In this document: positions 1 through 12,989 of the stretch, piece by piece
Layout of the letters: each line of letters begins with the position of its first letter
Numbering within the stretch: the first letter of the stretch is position 1
Assembly (NCBI GenBank): GCA_001179505.1
Contig: CDMY01000385.1
Coordinates: forward strand, 186,001-250,000
Length of the DNA stretch: 64,000 nt
From: Vitrella brassicaformis CCMP3155
Lineage: Eukaryota > Protista > Chromerida
Direction: 5' to 3'
Notes under the pieces: generated by a model
What the model was told of the DNA's origin: nothing
What the model saw: only the letters and a program-made list of their open reading frames with translations
Databases searched by the model: none
Position numbers and translations under genes: made by a program

Positions 1-1820
1 TCGGTCTGCCGGTCGAGCCTCAATGCATGGCTCACCACACGCATCCGAGTGTTTTTGTGAGTCAGCTGCTCGACCGGTTTCTGTCGCGTGAGCTGCTGAG
101 CGACTACAGAACACAGTGAGTGGCAGATACACGCCACGGACATGATGGACGGATGGAGAGTGTCAGTCGATTCACAGGGCGACGCTCATCACCGATAAGG
201 AAGAAAAGCTCAGCAAGAAGGATCAACAGGTGGGTGAGCAGCCCAATCCTTGCACCTACATGAGCCACCTTATCTCTCTGTGTCCGTGTGTGTGTGTGCC
301 AGATCAAAATGCTGCAACAGTGAAGCACAGTCACACATGCAGAGAGAACATCTTTGGTGTGTGGATGGATGAATGGATGGATGTGTGTGTGCAGAGAGCC
401 CTATCAGCGGTTCGTCATCAGCGCGCACTTCGGATACGAGAGCCCTTTCAGCACCCAATTGCAAGCGACTTCGGAATCCGCGTTTTGCACTTATCGTGCG
501 ATTGCCGCTCTCGTCATCATGCGGTTCGAGGCCTTTCTGCACATACTGCACACATGTGCGGGCACACATCAGCGGTTCAGTGCCGACAAGCGCGTGCAGA
601 TGACGTGTTTCCGGTCCCGGCTGGAACAGGTGAGCAACCAAGCTGGCGGCCCCTCTCTACCTAAATATCTCTCTCTCTCTCTCTGTGTGTGTCTGTCTGT
701 CTGTCTGTGTGTCGGTGTTCAGTTGGGTATGGCGGAGCAGCTGCAGCTGATACGCAGCGACGTGTTCGACGAGACGAGTGGCCATTCATTGCTCGTATTT
801 CCTGGCGCCCATAGGGATGTGAGACTGACACACATCCCTATGCACACATCATAGTCCGCCCATCTGTCTGTCTGTCTGTCTGTGTTGCATGGACAGGTCG
901 ACTACTCTATGATGAAGGCATTGGTCAAGGAGCTGATCGCCAAGTTGACGACATCCGTTGACGGCATAGCCGTAGCCGCCCAGGCATCCCTCTCCTTTCA
1001 GAAAGAGCGATTGATTTGCTAGGATGGGCAACGGCTGTGCTAGGCTGTGTCAAGAAGGACCTCGATGTGGCGCTGCAGGAGGACCTGACGAGCACACGGC
1101 AGGTGCGATCGATGGATGGGAAGACGTCAGTGCCTTTCGGACGAATTGCTGTCTGTCTGCCTGTGCCTACAGTTGGGATGGACGGCTGAGAAGGAGATAT
1201 ATACGGCTCACCCAAGGGAGGCCGTGTGTTCTTGGGCAACGACGCGAAGACGTACGACAACGTACGTCTACGATGAAGGATTCTGGGTGCCCTCGTCTGA
1301 GAGTAATGAGTTGCATTAATGGAATCATTCGCTCCCCCACTCACTACTCACACAAAGCTCGCTGACCGAACAGTTCTTCGACCAGAGAATAGAGGTGAGC
1401 TCACGCGTTGACGGAACTCACAGGGGTAGACAAAGGTGAACTGGGTGTCTTTTCTGTCCTTGTGTTTTGCCAACTTTTGTCAGGAGAACGTCAAGTTCGA
1501 CCGAGACCAATCTGAAAAGACCATCACGCAGCTTCAGAACATGGTGAGTGGGCAGAATTTCTCTCGCTGCGCTCCATGGCTCTGCGTTGGAGGGCAGGTG
1601 GTACAGATGGTGGGTCCACGATTCGTCATCTCCACTGAGTACTTGTGTGCTTGTGTGTGTATGTGGATTGCAGTTGTGTGTGCGCAGGGACGAATATGAC
1701 ACGCAAGGCGTGTGCCTTTCTGATCGCTGCCTACATTTTATAACTGCTATGTTGGTGTGTGCATGGCTCCGCATCGACGTAACAAGACACTTCTCTCATT
1801 CAAACTTCATTGCGCACTGA
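1..1820 (+). CDS. Spliced hypothetical protein, 5'-partial, unknown function
   Basis: Chain of short exons bounded by GT/AG, e.g. ATLITDKEEKLSKKDQQ, VDYSMMKALVKELIAKLTT, WATAVLGCVKKDLDVALQEDLTSTRQ, SLTEQFFDQRIE|ENVKFDRDQSEKTITQLQNM, separated by microsatellite-rich introns. No family motif recognised; 3' end uncertain. Confidence 0.45.
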
Positions 1821-2046
1821 ACATCGTCTACATCCATTATGCCCTAAATGACCCACAGACAGGACCGGACACACACCACGGAAAACGCTTGCCGCCCAGC
1901 TCATCATGTGTGATGGCTCCAGGCAGATGGCGGACGATACGCGGTGTCTCGATACTCACATGCCTTCGGAGCCCTTGTTAGTGCGTCTCTGACATTAGAA
2001 AGGCAACAGAGTGAGCTGTGCAGGTGAATGTTTATGTGCTATCAGG

Positions 2047-4882
2047 TTACTTGATGATTGACGCAATATTCTCGTCAAGCTGTCGCTTCTCTGCCTCAAG
2101 CCCATCCCTTTCGTCCTCCAAAGACTCGAGTTTATCTTTGCCGTGACTCACGAATCCTTGCAGAAACAGAGCCAGGGACAGGAGCTCACTTTTGGAGCAC
2201 TGCCTACACGGCGAGCAAAGCACACACAGCACACTATCGCCTTTCTTCCTCTTGCCTCTTGTGTGCGTTCGACTCGCCTGAGGGACTCCGGTGTCGCGAG
2301 CATGCCTCCAGCGCAGTAGACAGAGAGCAGCTTATCCCAATCAGGCTGCACGGATGCAAAGTCTACGATGGTCTTCTCGTCTTCCGAAGGGCTTGCGCAC
2401 TCATTGCCACTTCGTTCCATTCGTTTGCCAGCAGCGATAGACTGATGCTCTCGCGCAATGCTCTCCAGGACACAGTCGTCTTCGCAGTCCGCCTCAGGCG
2501 TCGAGACATCTCTCTGTTGAGCCGGCTCCGCCAAGTCAGCCAATACACGGTCTGGTGGGTACAGAGACACCACAGGGGGGAAGACGGTCCATGCAGAATG
2601 AATGTTGTGTACACGTGTCTCATGTATGTGTGTACCTGCTTCTTGCTGCAGCTCCATCATGTCATCTTCAGGGCTGTCTCCCTCGCACAGAGACTCCAGC
2701 AAGGAATCTGCTGTTTGCCGTCGATCGTCCAGAGACACAGAGGGCTTCCTCACAGTTTCCGATAGATCCGAGGGGACGCGTGGCAGCTCGAGACAAACCA
2801 ACCCGCCTTTGACCCGCACCAAGCGCTCGTCTTGATGGCCGGCTGATTGCTCTTCCTCTGTCCGCTGCCAGTGGGCTTCTGTTCCACCATTCTCAGTGTC
2901 TGCGCTTTCTGATGCCGAGACGTCGGTCTTTATGGGCTCTGATGCAGCTGTACCAGAGCCCGATTCCAGCCATCTTTCGACAGGGAGGTCTGCTGCGTTG
3001 ACAGCGGGACGCGGCGTGGGCACAAGAAAGGGACGGCGTGTGTCATCAGCAGCGTTGGCAGATGTAGAAACGCAATCATCGCCCTCGGCTCCAGCAGCTT
3101 TGGCCTTCGTCTTCCATGCCGCAAGCCGAGCCTCGAAGTCTTCCAGCAGAACGAGGAAGAAGGGATCCATGGGGTGGAATCTTGACACGTGTCTCGTCTT
3201 CATGTCTTTTCCTTTCCCCCTGCTCTCGCCTTCGCGGAGGTAGAAGGTCACCCCGGTGTCGTGGTGGTGCTCAAACTGCCATCGGAGAGGAAGAGGGCAC
3301 AGCTGCATGGAGAAAAAGACAGTCGCGGCACATGGCTGCAAACGGTGAATGAAGAAATTCTATTGATAGTTCTTCGTCGTACCACGGCCAGCTTGAGTGC
3401 CCATGTCAGGGTGGCACGATTGCCTTCAGGCACATCGTCTTTGGACTTGAGAAGAGTTGATGGCCTGATGGGGCGGCATGTGATTTGAGCAAACGCCTCA
3501 AAATATCTGGAAAAAGGGACATGATCTCTTTTTGATCTCCTGCCTGATTGATTTAATACCTCGCAAACGCCACGAGGTGGTCGTGTCTGATAAAGGGGGT
3601 GCCATCGATCACTTGAATGTCTATATCCCCACCACGACAGGAGCCGCCGGGACTCGCCCTGGAAAGCACAAGAGAAGAAGGGACACCGTTACGATGCGTG
3701 ACGGCACACACTGACGGACTTACCACATACCTCACCACTGGCCGCGCAATCTGCTGTGCTTCCTCGATAGAGCATCCATCGAGTGGCAGAGGCCACTGAG
3801 ACATGCCAAACGGATAATTTCCCTCAATCCTGCACGCCAAATCCGCCCCTTCCTCCCGTCTGTATTGCCAAATGAGGCTGCCGGGGAGGGGCTCATACTC
3901 CATGGCATGACTAATCCCCTCCATGTGCGACAGCTCATGTGGGTGCTGCCACTGGCAACACCGACATGCGGCACCAGTGACATCCTTGTATGAGTAATAC
4001 GGGATGCCAGGCCCGTACTCGCATTTGTCGTCCGTGACATGGTTTTGCCAGCCATCGGGGAGGGGGCCGATAAGCATGTGGGCGACCTGGGGCAATAGTG
4101 ATGGCTCGAGAACCGGATTCACACCAAGATAACACGAGTATCGGACGACCTTTGATAAACCAAAGAAGCAGAGGTACATGGTTGGTGTGAGAGTCTTTGT
4201 ATGCCAGCTCATCCTTGGTGGTCGATTGACAGCTCTTCACCTGATTGGCAAACAAGGTCAGCTCTGGCGGAATGTCTTCAGCACTGGAACGCTGCCGAGC
4301 CTCCATCCCAATAGCGCCCTCAGTCTCTTCCAAGTCATCCCCCTCTTCGTCACCATCGTACTCATCGGCAGCAAAGAGCTCACCGAGCCACTGGGGAACC
4401 TTGTAAAATAGCGAAAACAAGCTCCCCGGCATGCTTGACATGCAATGGGCTGTCTCTTCGGCATCGAAAGGCACCACTTGCTCCTGCCTCCCGCGCAGAT
4501 TGTGATTGAGGACAGCCCTGATCTGATTCTGGCTCTCGCGCCACATGCTTTGCAATGTCTCGCTGAAGGCCAGCCATGTCCCGCTTGGCCGGCTGTCGAC
4601 CCACGCTCTCGGGGGAGGGCCGTGCGCACCACAAGCGGCCACAGGCTGGATGTACAAGTCCGAGAGATCGTGTTTCAGCCCCGTCAGCGGCGGGGGGGGC
4701 GGCAGCCGAAGAGGGGCGATGGGCGGGGGCTGCGATGAGCGGCCGACTTCAAGTTCAACTTGTTCCATGTCGTGATGGCTGGCCTGCACAGCAACCACCT
4801 GGGCTTCCACGCCGCGGTGGGATGGTTCTTGTTGCTGCTCGCCGGCCTGAATCTCAAACACTGGCTGCAGAGCGGCCGCCAT
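2047..4882 (-). CDS. WW-domain protein with two CEP164-like N-terminal-type modules and a C-terminal coiled coil
   Basis: Spliced reading ELTLFANQ|VVRYSCYLGVNPVLEPSLLPQVAHMLIGPLPDGWQNH...GIPYY...QWQHP resembles the CEP164 N-terminal helix plus WW module. A second module reads MQLCPLPLRWQFEHHHDTGVTFY...SRFHPMDPFF. The last exon KDKLESLEDERDGLEAEKRQLDENIASIIK* is coiled-coil-like. ATG at 4882, stop at 2047. Confidence 0.65.
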
Positions 4883-5054
4883 GGGGGAACAATTAAGAAT
4901 TCACTGCAACCAATTCCACTGCAAAGCTGCTTCTCGAAGAGCCGAAAGAGCGGCTCCGTGATGAGGAAGCGAACTGGCTGGATCTCACTCCTATGCTGGC
5001 TAAGCTCGCACTTTTCCTCCTGAGCTCGCAGACTGAGCAGCCGATGTGAGCAAA
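4883..5054. promoter_or_regulatory. Putative bidirectional promoter (WW-protein gene / plastid-protein gene)
   Basis: 172 bp between divergent ATGs at 4882 (-) and 5055 (+). Confidence 0.45.
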
Positions 5055-6050
5055 ATGGAGGCTGAAGACCGACTGATACGATGCTGCTGTACCAAGATCT
5101 TGCTCGTCTGGTGGCTGAACTTCATCTCATGCGACTCCTTCCTTCTCCCCACCTCCCGCACCGCCCGCCGGCGCTCTCTGATTCATCGAACACGTCCACG
5201 GCCGCCATGGCATATATCTCCCGGTGTCAGTGCGTCAGCAACTGTGCTGCAGAAGGTGAAGGGCTTCGGCATCGGCGGATCTGCAAGGCCGCAACGCAGC
5301 GGCCTCAGTGAGTCCGGCGAGGGATTCTCCGCGACGGCCAATGAGACCGAGAGCTCAGCTGATCCATCTAGGGCGCAGGCGCTGGGGACGCTGTTCAAGA
5401 GCGAGGATGAGGAGATCCGTGAGCTGGGCAGTGACGAGTTCCTGGACACCATGCGGCTGTGGGCACCCATGAGCAACTTTGTGGTCAACGAAGGGGTGAG
5501 TGGGGTCGGCAGGAACGCACCTATACACACACTCATGGTACCTTGCTCGTCTGTTTGTCTGTCGCTGCCTTTCTGTATCAGAACGCGAGTTCCAGGGAGG
5601 AGGGCAACGCCACGCGTCTTGTGTTGCAGCAGATGGCTGAGTGGAAGCCGCCTCGCTCGGGCTCGTACCTCGGCAAGACGCCCGATTGGCGGTTCGGCGC
5701 ACCCGTCGGAGCGTTCAAAGGCGGCCAACTGGATGCTGTGGCCTGCCTTGAGGTACTCACTCTGCGAATGGTCACATCACAAGACTCGTGTTTGATGTGT
5801 GTCGGTGTGTTTGTTGCAGATATCTGAGAGTGACGGTGTGGTTGTGCGTTATATAGTGCTGAACCCTCTCAACATAGGTGTGGAGGGCAATGCTGCCGAC
5901 TGGCTGATCAAGGGGATGGCATTCATATGTCGCGAGAGGCTCGGGATGAGGCTGGACATATATCCGCTGATGCGCGTGTATGATGGGCGGTACTATGACG
6001 CCCACAAACATTTGTGTGAACAGAATGAGGTTGAGAGGACGTCTTTGTGA
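5055..6050 (+). CDS. Putative plastid-targeted protein, possible GNAT-like fold, 3 exons
   Basis: Hydrophobic signal (KILLVWWLNFISCDS-FLL) followed by an R/S-rich transit-like segment. In-frame junctions NEG|NAS and CLE|ISE. The C-terminal GAFKGGQLDAVACLE-ISESDGVVVRYIVLNP...GNAADWLIKGMAFICRE has a GNAT-like beta-beta-alpha pattern (weak). Confidence 0.6.
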
Positions 6051-6322
6051 CACAATGATGGACTCAATGATGATTGCATTGCATTCATGGACACAGATAC
6101 ATATAGTAGAGGGGTCCGTCGATACCGGTTGCTGCCTGGACACAAAGGAGAGAGTAGCGAATGGATGGATGGATCCATGCACCCCTCCCTAGCCTAAGTC
6201 AGTCAATCAGTGTATATATACGGCAATACGGAGACCCAACAAGCACACGCACATGTACACGCACCACACGAGACTCCCTTGGAGAAACCACCACACCGCA
6301 CCATACACACCCCGCCCATCCC

Positions 6323-9300
6323 TCAGTCAATATCATGGCCGTCACTAGCACCAGATTGTTCCCCTTCCAACTCTACAGGGGAGAACCCCTCCACATCAGC
6401 AAGACGCCGCTCGTATCCCCTGCAACGACATACGGCAGGCTCATCGAATGGCGCAGGTGGGTATAAGCAAGGGTTGTTGGTTTGCGGTTCTCATTCACCT
6501 GATGGTGTCCCGCAGCTCTTTGTTTCTCTTTGCCAGCTGCAGGATGGTGGCGTTGGCCTTCTCGGTGCGATCGATCAACTCTTGCTTGAGCCGCTCCACC
6601 TTCTGGCCCTGCACACATCACATCCATGTGACACACATGGGAGATGGATGTCCTCGCCCGTCCACCCCACCCCACCACACTCCACTCACCAGCTTCCGTG
6701 TGACGTCTTCGTACTGCCTGATCCTGGCGTCGCGGTCGTCCTCTCGCTGAGGTCTCATCGGCACACGCTCGCCACTCGCCTGTCGCCTCAGCACCCCCTC
6801 CCTCTGTGGCCTCAGCTGGGGCTTGCCGCGAACGTTGGACAGGCGGTGATACACGGCCCCCACAGCCAATGGGGTGGAAGAGGCCGAGTGCGTCAGCCCA
6901 CGGCCGACACGGCTCACCGACGCCGACACAGACGCGGGAGTGGGGCTGGACGTGTGGGGGTGGCTGGTGTAGGCGGGCATCATCACCCGATGGTCCGACT
7001 GAGCTGCCGCTGCCTGCCACTGCCACTCGTGTGCATGGCGACCAGTCAGCTGTTGGCCCGCCAACGTCCGCTTGGTGGGGCTGGCTGTGGTCGCCACACC
7101 CACGCCCACACCTTCACTCATACCACCAGCACGATAGTGGCCCATCCGTCGCGCATAAGGCGACGCACCTGGTCCCAGCTTGAGCCTGTTGGCCTGGCCG
7201 GCACGTTGATGTCGCACTGGTGGTGCGTTGCGGCTGATAGATGTGGATGGGCTCATGACGGACGAGGCGGCGTCGACACTAGCTGACGGGGGGGAGAGGG
7301 TGTTGGAGGTGAAGGTTGGGGGAAACGGGGGCAGGTCAACCACCATTGGGTGGTGTGGGGGGATGGGGGAGCGGTCGGTGGGCGAGGCGTGAGAGCCGTC
7401 GTCGTCCTGGGGGTAGTGTGGTGGGTTGGGGCTTCGGGTGAGGAAGCGCCTGGCGGGGCTGTCGCTCTCCGACGGCGTCGCATTCGGATCCAAAATGCGA
7501 CGCAGACGCGTGTTCTCATCCTAACATCCAAACAGAGCGCGTCAATTCCGGGTGGAGGAGTGGCTGCGTGAACAGTCACAAACTGACCGTTTGGTACTGC
7601 AGCTGCCTTCTGAGGTATGCGATTTCGTCGTGGAGTGTGTGTCGATTCTCCGACAGCGATTGCACCTTCTGTACGTGGTGCAGCGACTGCTCTACCAGCT
7701 CCTCCGTCAACCTGAAACACAGACATACACACACACACAGACACACGCACAGCTGTAGATGGCTGAGAGTTGGTAGACGTGTGTGTGTTAGTGTCTCTGT
7801 CTTGGCACCTTTCGTTCTCTTCGTGGAGCCTGGCCATTGCATCGGTTGCCCTCTCCTCTCCCCTGTCCCTCTCGCCCTCCTCCTCAGCCAGGTCGTCATC
7901 CGTCGGGATGGGCAGCACGGGATGCGACACATGACCCGACACCTCACGCACCAACGAGAAGGGGAGGCCCCCCTCACCCCCCACAACCAACCCTCTCCTC
8001 CCGTCACTAGCAGTACGGCTGCCCACCGGCTGGGCCAACACGGCCCCACCACTAGTACCAGCAGCACCAGTGGCGGCTATGTCCTCGTCATCGTGCGATG
8101 GCTGGTGTGGGTGTGGCCGTCCTGTCTTGGCCCCTCCCAGCAGCAGCTGCTGTAACACCTCCTCTACCTCTTTGTCGATCCTATCGTCGGCAGCTGATGC
8201 GGACGCTGCATCCCTCCCCACCCCACCGATCCCAACACCCTCCGAGGCAGCAGATGGTGCTGCACCTGCCGCTGCCGTTGCCGTTGCCATGCCGGCGAAG
8301 GGCACCGAACAATGGAGGTTCCGTACGCTGGGGGAGTGGCGCAGGTGACTCAGCAGGCCGCCGCTGGTGGTCGGTGGGTCAGGGGCAGTGGCGCGGGCAT
8401 GAGTATGGTCTTCGTGTGAGATGCCTGGTCTCGGCCTTGACTTTGCCATCGTTCTGGCGGCCTCCCGAATGCGAGTCGAGAAGTCGTTGGATGCAGATGC
8501 GTGTGGGGCCGATCGCGGCGCGTCTTCACGAGAGGCTGCGATGGACGGCTGCTGGGGCCTCGGCGCGAGAACAGACGCTCGCTCGTTGCCCATGGCCGAC
8601 GCACGGGCGATCAAATCCTCCTCCCGTCGAAGAGCCATCAAAGCCTCTGTACCACGGCTGTCCACCCAGGCAGACACGCCACTGCCCTCCTCGCATAGCG
8701 GCGGGGCTTGGCTGGCAGCATGTGGTGCTGTTTGTGGTGATGATGGCTTGTCGTCTGCATCATTGTCAGCCTCCGCCTCCGCATCATGAGGCCTGCCGGG
8801 GTGATGCTCGTGGTCCTGGTCGACCCCCTTGTGCAGGTCAGCCAGCCGAAGCGGCGGGATGTGCACGCGAGGCCGTGACACGAACAATCGCGCCCCAGGT
8901 CCGTCTTCCCCTCCGCCCCTCTCCCTCTCCCTCTCCCCCACTCCAAGTCCCTCTCCCCCATCGATGTCACGGTGGCTGCCGTTGCCCCGGTAGGAGGTGG
9001 CGAGTGACGAGAAGCCCGGCGAAGACGACTGGTCCTCCGAGTAGCAGAGGCTCGACTCAGACGGGCTCTTGGTCCGGCGGGGGCGAGGGGGGCGGGACGA
9101 AGCGGACGGGGACTGCCGGCGGGAGCTCAGGAAGGAACCTATCGACTCCCTCTCGTCAGCCTCGTCGTCGGGGGGCCTCAAGTGGGGCGACGGCGTGTCA
9201 ACAGCGGCCGCAGAGGAGGGTCCACGTCCACCATCCTCATCTGCCGTGTCCTCATGGTCGTGTGCAGCCGCCTCATGGTCAGTGCCAGCATCACCACTAG

Positions 9301-9628
9301 TTGCGCTGTCTGGCGGGGCTGACGCGAATGCATCTGGAGCAAGGATCAGACCCTCAGGCCACTCGGCGTCACTAATGGGAGGCGCGCTGACAATGACGAA
9401 CGGCGAGAACGCAGTGGGAGGCCTCGCCGACTCATCGAATGTTGCTGCCCTTGTTGCGGTGTCATTCTGGTGGCGGCTGATGGATGCAGCCCCGAAAGAA
9501 GATGGGCGATGGGCATGTGTTGGCGCCGCCTCGTCTTGGGGATGCCGGCCACCCTCCTTATCATCATCAAGAGCAGCACTCTCCTCGCCATCGTGCGCAT
9601 CACCGTCGAAAACCACAGCCTCCATCAA
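6323..9628 (-). CDS. Large low-complexity protein with coiled-coil segments, unknown function
   Basis: Long first exon (791-aa ORF, acidic and S/P-rich) followed by spliced heptad-rich exons: RLTEELVEQSLHHVQKVQSLSENRHTLHDEIAYLRRQLQ, DRDARIRQYEDVTRKL, QKVERLKQELIDRTEKANATILQLAKRNKELRDTIR|GYERRLADVEG...DID* (stop at 6323-6325). Confidence 0.65.
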
Positions 9629-9818
9629 TCAATCAACCAGCTCACGGAGAATCGACAGATCAACACGGCCGCTGACCTCCGCCGGTCGTCAGCTCCGCAC
9701 TCGCAGCTATTCTACTACCTCCACACGACAGGGTTCGAAGTTCAGGGTTCTTCTGCGAGCTTTTTTCTTCTTCCCTGTGCCTTCTTTTAAAACGGGGATC
9801 TGCGGTGATTGGCGTGCG
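9629..9818. promoter_or_regulatory. Putative bidirectional promoter (coiled-coil gene / CDKAL1)
   Basis: About 190 bp between divergent starts at 9628 (-) and 9819 (+). Confidence 0.4.
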
Positions 9819-12743
9819 ATGACAGGCGTTGACATTGTCAAGGCGGTGAGCCGCTTCGGTGGCGTTCGATCAGTCATAGTGTTCAGCGGCGTGACTATCG
9901 CCGCCTTGGCTGCCCTGCTGGCAATGAGAGGACGCAAACGGAAGCACTCTGACCTCTCTGAAGCCAAGAGCAACTCATCCGACAGCGCGAGTGACCAAGA
10001 TGGCGCCTCCACTACCGCAGGCACATCGTCATCATCCAATGGCGAATCATCAGATTCTTCTGACGGCCACCATCAAGCTGATGACGTTGAGGACATTGTG
10101 GTTGCTGGGGATGACTCATCGACAGGCGACAGCTTGTTCGTTCGGTGGTCGAGAAGGGCTGGGTTGGTGCAGCCACACTCGGCTAGGAGGCGCAAGGAGG
10201 CGAGACTGTCTGGCGCGGCTGATGTGGATGACACTGCAGCAGCTGCAGCAGCAGCGGGGGCGGCATCGCCAGGTGTGCCGGGCACTCAGCGGGTGTACGT
10301 CAAGACATTCGGATGCTCCCACAACACTTCCGACGCCGAATTCATGAGTGAGTCTTATCGTATCGAGGCAAACGGCACACGACGCCCATTGGCCGTTCTG
10401 GTATGTTTGTCTGTCGTGCATGTGTGGCTGCTCTGCTGCAGTGGGTCAGCTGTCGTCGTATGGGTACCATTTGGTGGACAGTCCGCAGGAGGCCGACGTG
10501 TGTGTCATCAACTCATGCACCGTCAAGGGCCCATCGCAAGAGGCATTCATGACGGCCGTGCAGCGCGCCAAGGCCATGGGCAGGCCAGTGGTGGTTTCGG
10601 GCTGTGTGCCCCAGGCCGACCGCACCATACCTGGTCAGTCACTCAGTCAGCCTGCCGGCCATGCAGCAGAGAGGCAGGGAGGGAGCTGTCCGGTGAGTGC
10701 ATTATGTGTGTGTGTTGTGTTGTTTGTAGGGCTGGAGGACGTGAGCGTCATCGGCATTACGCAGATCGACAGTGAGGGAAATGGACTGATTGATGGGATG
10801 GATGGATGGATGGATTCATGGACTAACGCGAGTGCACACGTGTGTGTGTCGTGTGTGTGTGGTGTGAGTGTGTAGGGGTGGTGGAGGTGGTTGAACAGAC
10901 GCTGCAGGGGCATATTGTGCGGCTGCTGGGCAAGAAAAGGTCAGTCGCCCACCAACGGCACCTACCACCAGGCACACGCATCGATACCATGTCTGCCTGT
11001 GTGTGTGTGGATCCCATGCAATGCAGTCTGCCGAGCCTTGATCTGCCCAAGGTCAGGCGCAACCCTCACGTTGAGAGTAAGCACACCACCCCCACAACCA
11101 CCACACACACAGCTGAGGAGAACGGTCATCATATCATGCGTCAATGTGTTGTGGTTCGACCGATGGATCAGTCATTCCCCTGAGCACCGGCTGCCTGGGG
11201 TCCTGCTCATACTGCAAAACCAAACACGCACGGTAGGTAGGTACTCAGGCAGGCCAAGACACACGAGAGGGGTGGGGTAGCATTCACTGATTGAAGGCAG
11301 GCACATCTTGAATCTGTGTGTGTTGTCGTGTCGTGCATGTGGGTACACACATACTGACGATACGATCAGAGGCAAGCTGGGGAGCTATGAGACGGAGGCC
11401 ATTCTGGACCGAGTGAGGCGGGCCATCTCGGAGGGCGTCATGGAGATCTGGCTCACCAGCGAAGACACAGGTGGGTGGCTGGGTGGGTGGGGTGGGTAAC
11501 ACACACACACACACACACCAGCCCGCTCACTCACAGAGAGATCCCTACTGCACTGCATGTGGTTGGGTTGCATGTGTGTCATGTGATTGATGCACTCACT
11601 CTGCACGCTATATCATTCAGGCGCCTACGGCATCGACCTGGCCACCGACATCGCCGCGCTGCTGCGAGCGGTGGTCGGGGTGCTGGAGGCCCACCCCGGC
11701 TCAGCGGGTAGGGTGATGGTGCGGCTGGGCATGACGAACCCGCCGTACATGCTGCGGCACTGCGGGAGTGTGGGTGAGGTGCTGCGACATCCGCAGGTCT
11801 ACGAGTTCATCCACGTCCCCATACAGAGCGGGTCAAATGATACCCTCAGACACATGGTGGGTGGGTGCCAAAGATGGGCGGATGCATCTGTGGTGTGGAT
11901 GGATGGGTGGATGTGTGTGTGTGTGTGTGTGTTTATCAGGTGCGCGAGTACACTGTCGAGGACTTTCATGCTCTGGTGGATGGGCTCAAACAGAGAGGTG
12001 GGTGGGTGGGTGCGTCAGAGAAACAGAAGGGTCACACACAGACACACACACACACAGGCAGGTGCGTGCATTTCTCTCTCTCTCTGTGTGTGTGTCTGGT
12101 GTGTTGTGTTCAGTGCCGCGGCTGACCGTGGCGACGGACATTATCTGCGGCTTCCCCACCGAGACGGACGACGACCATCAACAGACACTGGACGTCATCA
12201 GAAGGCACAAATTCCCTGTAAGCGTGATACGATCACATACACACCAAGAGAGACAGAATCACGCACACGTGGGCCCTTTTGTTTGCGTCGTGACGTCCAT
12301 CCATTCATCCATTTATCAGGTGTTGAACATCAGCCAGTTCTACCCCCGCCCCGGCACCGCTGCAGCAAAACTCAAGCGACTCCCCAACCATGTCGCCAAG
12401 ACACGAAGCGGTCAGCAGCCTCACCTTACCCGACACACCCACACACACAGACACGTGTGTGTGTGTGTGTGTGTGTGACGCAGGTGAGGTGACGTCTGTG
12501 TTCGAGTCGTACGAGACCACCAGCTGGCTGCAGGACACCGTGCAGCGTGTGTGGTTCTGCGAGCACTCCACCCGCAGCCAACACACGGTGGGTCACACCA
12601 AGCAGTACGTCAAGGTGCTGGTGAGGAGGGACGAGCAGCTCCTGGGCAAGAGCGCATTTGTGCGCGTGACGTCCACACACAAGTGGCACGTGCTGGGGGA
12701 GATATGCCAGCCGCCGATGGACGTCGAAAAGGGAGAGCCATGA
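9819..12743 (+). CDS. CDKAL1: tRNA t6A37 methylthiotransferase (CDKAL1/e-MtaB, radical SAM)
   Basis: UPF0004 domain [18 protein letters not shown] and [12 protein letters not shown]; radical-SAM motif [21 protein letters not shown]; [15 protein letters not shown]; RLGMTNPPY; HVPIQSGSN; [12 protein letters not shown]; [10 protein letters not shown]; C-terminal TRAM domain ([12 protein letters not shown]). About 13 exons. Confidence 0.95.
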
Positions 12744-12989
12744 TGGATGGATGGCGTAATGGATGTGTGTGTGCGTGTGTGTATGTGAGGGCGTGTGGCG
12801 ACGTTTGTATAGCTATCTACAGCTAAGGGTCGCTCCTGTACGTGCATGGACAGTGGACAGACAGTTGTGTGTCGATTCATGTTGATTGCATCGGTCGACT
12901 CCAGTATATGAACCCAAACACGGTGTGTCTCTTCAATGTGGGTGCCTTTCGCGGCACAACATCCATCCATCCGTCCATCCATCCATCCA

